In this document: piece after piece, positions 60,757 through 64,000 of the stretch
Layout of the letters: each line of letters starts with the position of its first letter
Numbering within the stretch: position 1 is the first letter of the stretch
Origin: Octopus bimaculoides
Taxonomy: Eukaryota
Direction of reading: 5' to 3'
DNA: 64,000 nucleotides
Assembly (NCBI RefSeq): GCF_001194135.2
Contig: NC_068981.1
Location: forward strand, 99,767,484 to 99,831,483
Notes under the pieces: generated by a model
Database searches by the model: none
What the model saw: only the letters and a program-made list of their open reading frames with translations
Told to the model about the DNA's origin: nothing
Program-made: the position numbers and the translations under genes

Positions 60757-63231
60757 AGTATATAACCACATTGAAGCATAGAATATGGAGGTGCAGTACA
60801 AAAATAGAGTTTGTTATGTTATGCGGTAGCCGCTTTCGTATAATATTCATATATGACAATGACAATAATAACAATGAGTTTAGAAAGAAGATAAAACTGA
60901 AAGGAATTCAATAAAGACTTTTTATTATTTTATGAAATATCAATTCAGACACAGACTATATTATATTCATATTAAGATCTTGCCCTCAATTGTCACTCAT
61001 TCAATTACTTGCCTAATGTTCAAGTAGAATCAATGAGGGAATTAAATCAGCAAAGTTCAGTTGCTTTTATTATTGTTGAGTTTGCAAGGCTAGCTTGGAT
61101 AGGCTAATGGCACAGAAATAGATAATGCTTAGGAGCTACAGAAGTAGTCTTTACTGAAGGATATTCGATCCACTAGAAATAATAACCAAATCTTCCTTAT
61201 GTCACTCCTAATAATCTTAAAAGAAAAGACAGGATGACCAAAGCTGAAGTACCTTTGACCACAGGTCTGCTTGATCAGAGAAGACCTAGAGTTAAACATC
61301 AAATAGTTAAGATAACTTATAAATCCATCACCACAGATATGTAGACTTGAGATGTCTTTGGTGTTTCAATTGGGTAATGCCTTCTTTGCATATACTGAAA
61401 TGAATTTCATTTATCATGACATCACCTATAACCATCTTATTATAAAATATAGAGACTCAAAGTAGGTAATTTTGATAGAAATTTGCTAAGGGTAATTTTG
61501 CTTCTGGTTATACAGAGTAGGTTAAGAAGTATGTGGAAGTTTCTCACTGGCTTAACACTAGTTAATGTTATGCTTTTGCTTTCACTAACAAGAATAGTGC
61601 TAATTTGCAATTGGTTGTGAATGTAAGGACAATGCAAGTGTTAAAAGTGTTTTATCTTACCTCAGCAGAGGATATGTACTCCAGGATTTGTGTAGGATCA
61701 TTATGGAGAAAGTTCACACAGCTCTATATAACTGATGTTTATTTCTGCAAAGCAGCTTCACTCTGTATGAGTGTAAACCTTTGCATTTATGACTTGTAGG
61801 TGGCAAGAAAGCAGACAGACAACCTAGCAGAAAGATTCCTACACATTCAAACCTTCACTAATACTTGCATTCTTAATTACATATATTAAACGTACGCACA
61901 TATTTTTTATAAGCATACACATACATTTATCAAAAACACTTTCCCAAGCTACACATACTAAACACATATACTTCTCCACAGCAAAACACTTAACAAAGCA
62001 CACATATACACACACAACTCTGAAGAGACAAAGTTTCAGTTTGTGTCAGTTTTATTGTATTACTTTCCTCAGCATTGTCCCGACAAGAACGTCAACTAAT
62101 CAAACCTATTGAACAGAACAGCTAGGTTTACAATGAACTAATCAATATATACATGGTGATTGGTGGTGGCAGGGAGATTTTGTGTATCTGAGAATGTGGT
62201 TCCGTGCACACATGAGTATATGGTGTGTGTGTGTGTGTCATGAAGAACAAGCTTGTTATCTGTTCTATGAAAGCATTGTAAACTGCAAGCAATTTGTAAT
62301 TGTTGTCAATAATAGTGATGCTACTGATAATGACAATAATGAATATAGATAGATATGTGCATGTGATGCTATTTGACAAGTATGTTTGATATATGTGTAT
62401 GCACATGAGTATGAATGCACACGTTTGTGCCATGAAGACAAATAGTGTGATTGAAGACAATTCTCATTATGTGCAGGGCTATGTGCTAATGTAAACCAAC
62501 GTGTGTTGTTGTGTATATGCATCTGGGTGTACGTGTACTGAATACAAATTATATTTATATAAATATATGTAACTATTAGAATGCTAACGATTCATTGAGT
62601 GTACATGCTTGTGTATTTGTATGCATTTACAAGTATCTTTATGCATATACCTGTATGTGGGTATCATGATGACAAAAGGTGTTGTCTGTTGTATATAATA
62701 AAAATGCTTTGTTTCTAGGTGGGAGCTTGTGTGCTTGTGCATATGTCTGCACACTGTCATATGGGTGAATGAGCCGAGTGCTGAATGAAAACACTATTAC
62801 CCTTTCTAGTAGTTGTTATTTATTGATGACAGAGTAAATTAAATACAAATCTTTTCAACATCGTTTGCTAGAATGAATTTACACTCTTTTCTTTAATGAA
62901 TGTATGGTCTTTAACCAAACTGTATGAATTGGGAAAACAAAGAATTTTACAAATGGATGATGTTTCATAATAATAGCCTTATGAACATGAAGCCGAACTG
63001 CTAACTTGAATCTTATTTTCCAACAGAGAAAGATTAGGAAAATAAGAGCAATGTATCTTTCCTACAGCAATAATTTAAAAAACACAACCTCCTGATTCAA
63101 CAGCCCTGCACACCAAACTCTTCAGATGTCAAGACTTCTACTGAACAAAAATTTCCAAAAACATTAATCAATTAGTTAGGAAAATTAAAGGTAATGCAAT
63201 GCTTCGTGTATATCAGATATGTTTGTATATG

Positions 63232-63540
63232 GAACCATAGACCCTTTTTGGTCATGAATGACCATGAGATTGCACCTAGAAAGATACCCACTGAGGAACA
63301 AGTCTGGGCAAGGTTGTTTATAGAAGACCAGCAGTCGCCCATGCATAAGATCTTCTCCTCTCCACACCACTAATATTATCCAAGGAAAGGCAGAGGCTGA
63401 TACAGCTTGTCACCAGTGATGTTGCAACTCATTTCTACAGCTGAATGAACTGGAGTAAAGTGAAATAAAGTGTCTTCCTAAAGAATACAACTCACTACCT
63501 CATGATTGCAAGTCCAATGCTCTAACCACTGAGCCATGTG
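63232..63540 (-). mobile_element. SINE family C, older copy
   Basis: Collinear with 36951-37285: 'ccctttttggtcatgaatgaccatgagattgcacctagaaag...ctaaccactgagccatgtgcc'. Confidence 0.8.
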
Positions 63541-63751
63541 CCCATATCCACTGTTAATAATATAAATAAACCTTGAAAATATCTAGTCTCACAGCTTAAA
63601 AACTTATCAGGTAAATTTTCTCGGCACATGAAGAATGATAACTCCACTATCAGATTTTAGAGCTTATTGGCCCTTCTTTAGGTGGACACATATTCACTTG
63701 TAGCTTATGTTTAGAAGTAAACAATCAAGAACAGACAAACGAAGTTTATTT

Positions 63752-63962
63752 ACTCTCTCTTTTACTCTTTTACTTGTTTCAGTCATTTGACTGCGGCCAT
63801 GCTGGAGCACCGCCTTTAGTCGAGCATATCGACCCCAGGACTTATTCTTTGGAAGCCTAGTACTTATTCTATCGATCTCTTTTGCCGAACTGCTAAGTTA
63901 CTGGGACGTAAACACACCACCATCGGATGTCAAGCGATGGTGGGGGAACAAACACAGACACA

Positions 63963-64000
<38 letters not shown>
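63752..64000 (-). mobile_element. Young SINE family A, 3' half, cut by the window edge
   Basis: 'tactcttttacttgtttcagtcatttgactgcggccatgctggagcaccgcctttagtcgagc...' to (CA)n. Confidence 0.9.

Overview
This is eukaryotic, very AT-rich DNA, dense in microsatellites ((TA)n, (CA)n, (TATG)n, (GAT)n), from a draft assembly with 12 N-gaps. The SINE, RTE and MITE families look like octopus (coleoid cephalopod) repeats. That assignment is from recalled sequence, not a search. I found no intact protein-coding gene, tRNA/rRNA gene or CRISPR array, so the window is probably intergenic or inside a long intron. Nearly all supplied ORFs are translated microsatellites, N-gaps or antisense transposon DNA. The recognisable coding DNA is decayed transposon sequence: RTE, CR1-like and R4-like LINEs; mariner, pogo/Tigger and an unassigned DDE transposase; two C2H2 fingers; and an L1/Tx1-type ORF1 (RRM + CCHC knuckle). 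At least four tRNA-headed SINE families and several MITE and Helentron-like elements are also present. The most interesting observations are: (1) a compact ~1.35 kb retroelement that seems to carry only ORF1 (HAL1-like); (2) a 628-bp near-perfect palindrome with a 121-bp mismatch-free core; (3) a 62-bp minisatellite built from a stem-loop of an RTE-type 3' region; (4) a rearranged locus holding both the filled and the empty site of one SINE insertion; (5) young inverted repeat pairs that could form dsRNA; and (6) a CpG-rich unique patch and a few weak exon candidates near the right end.
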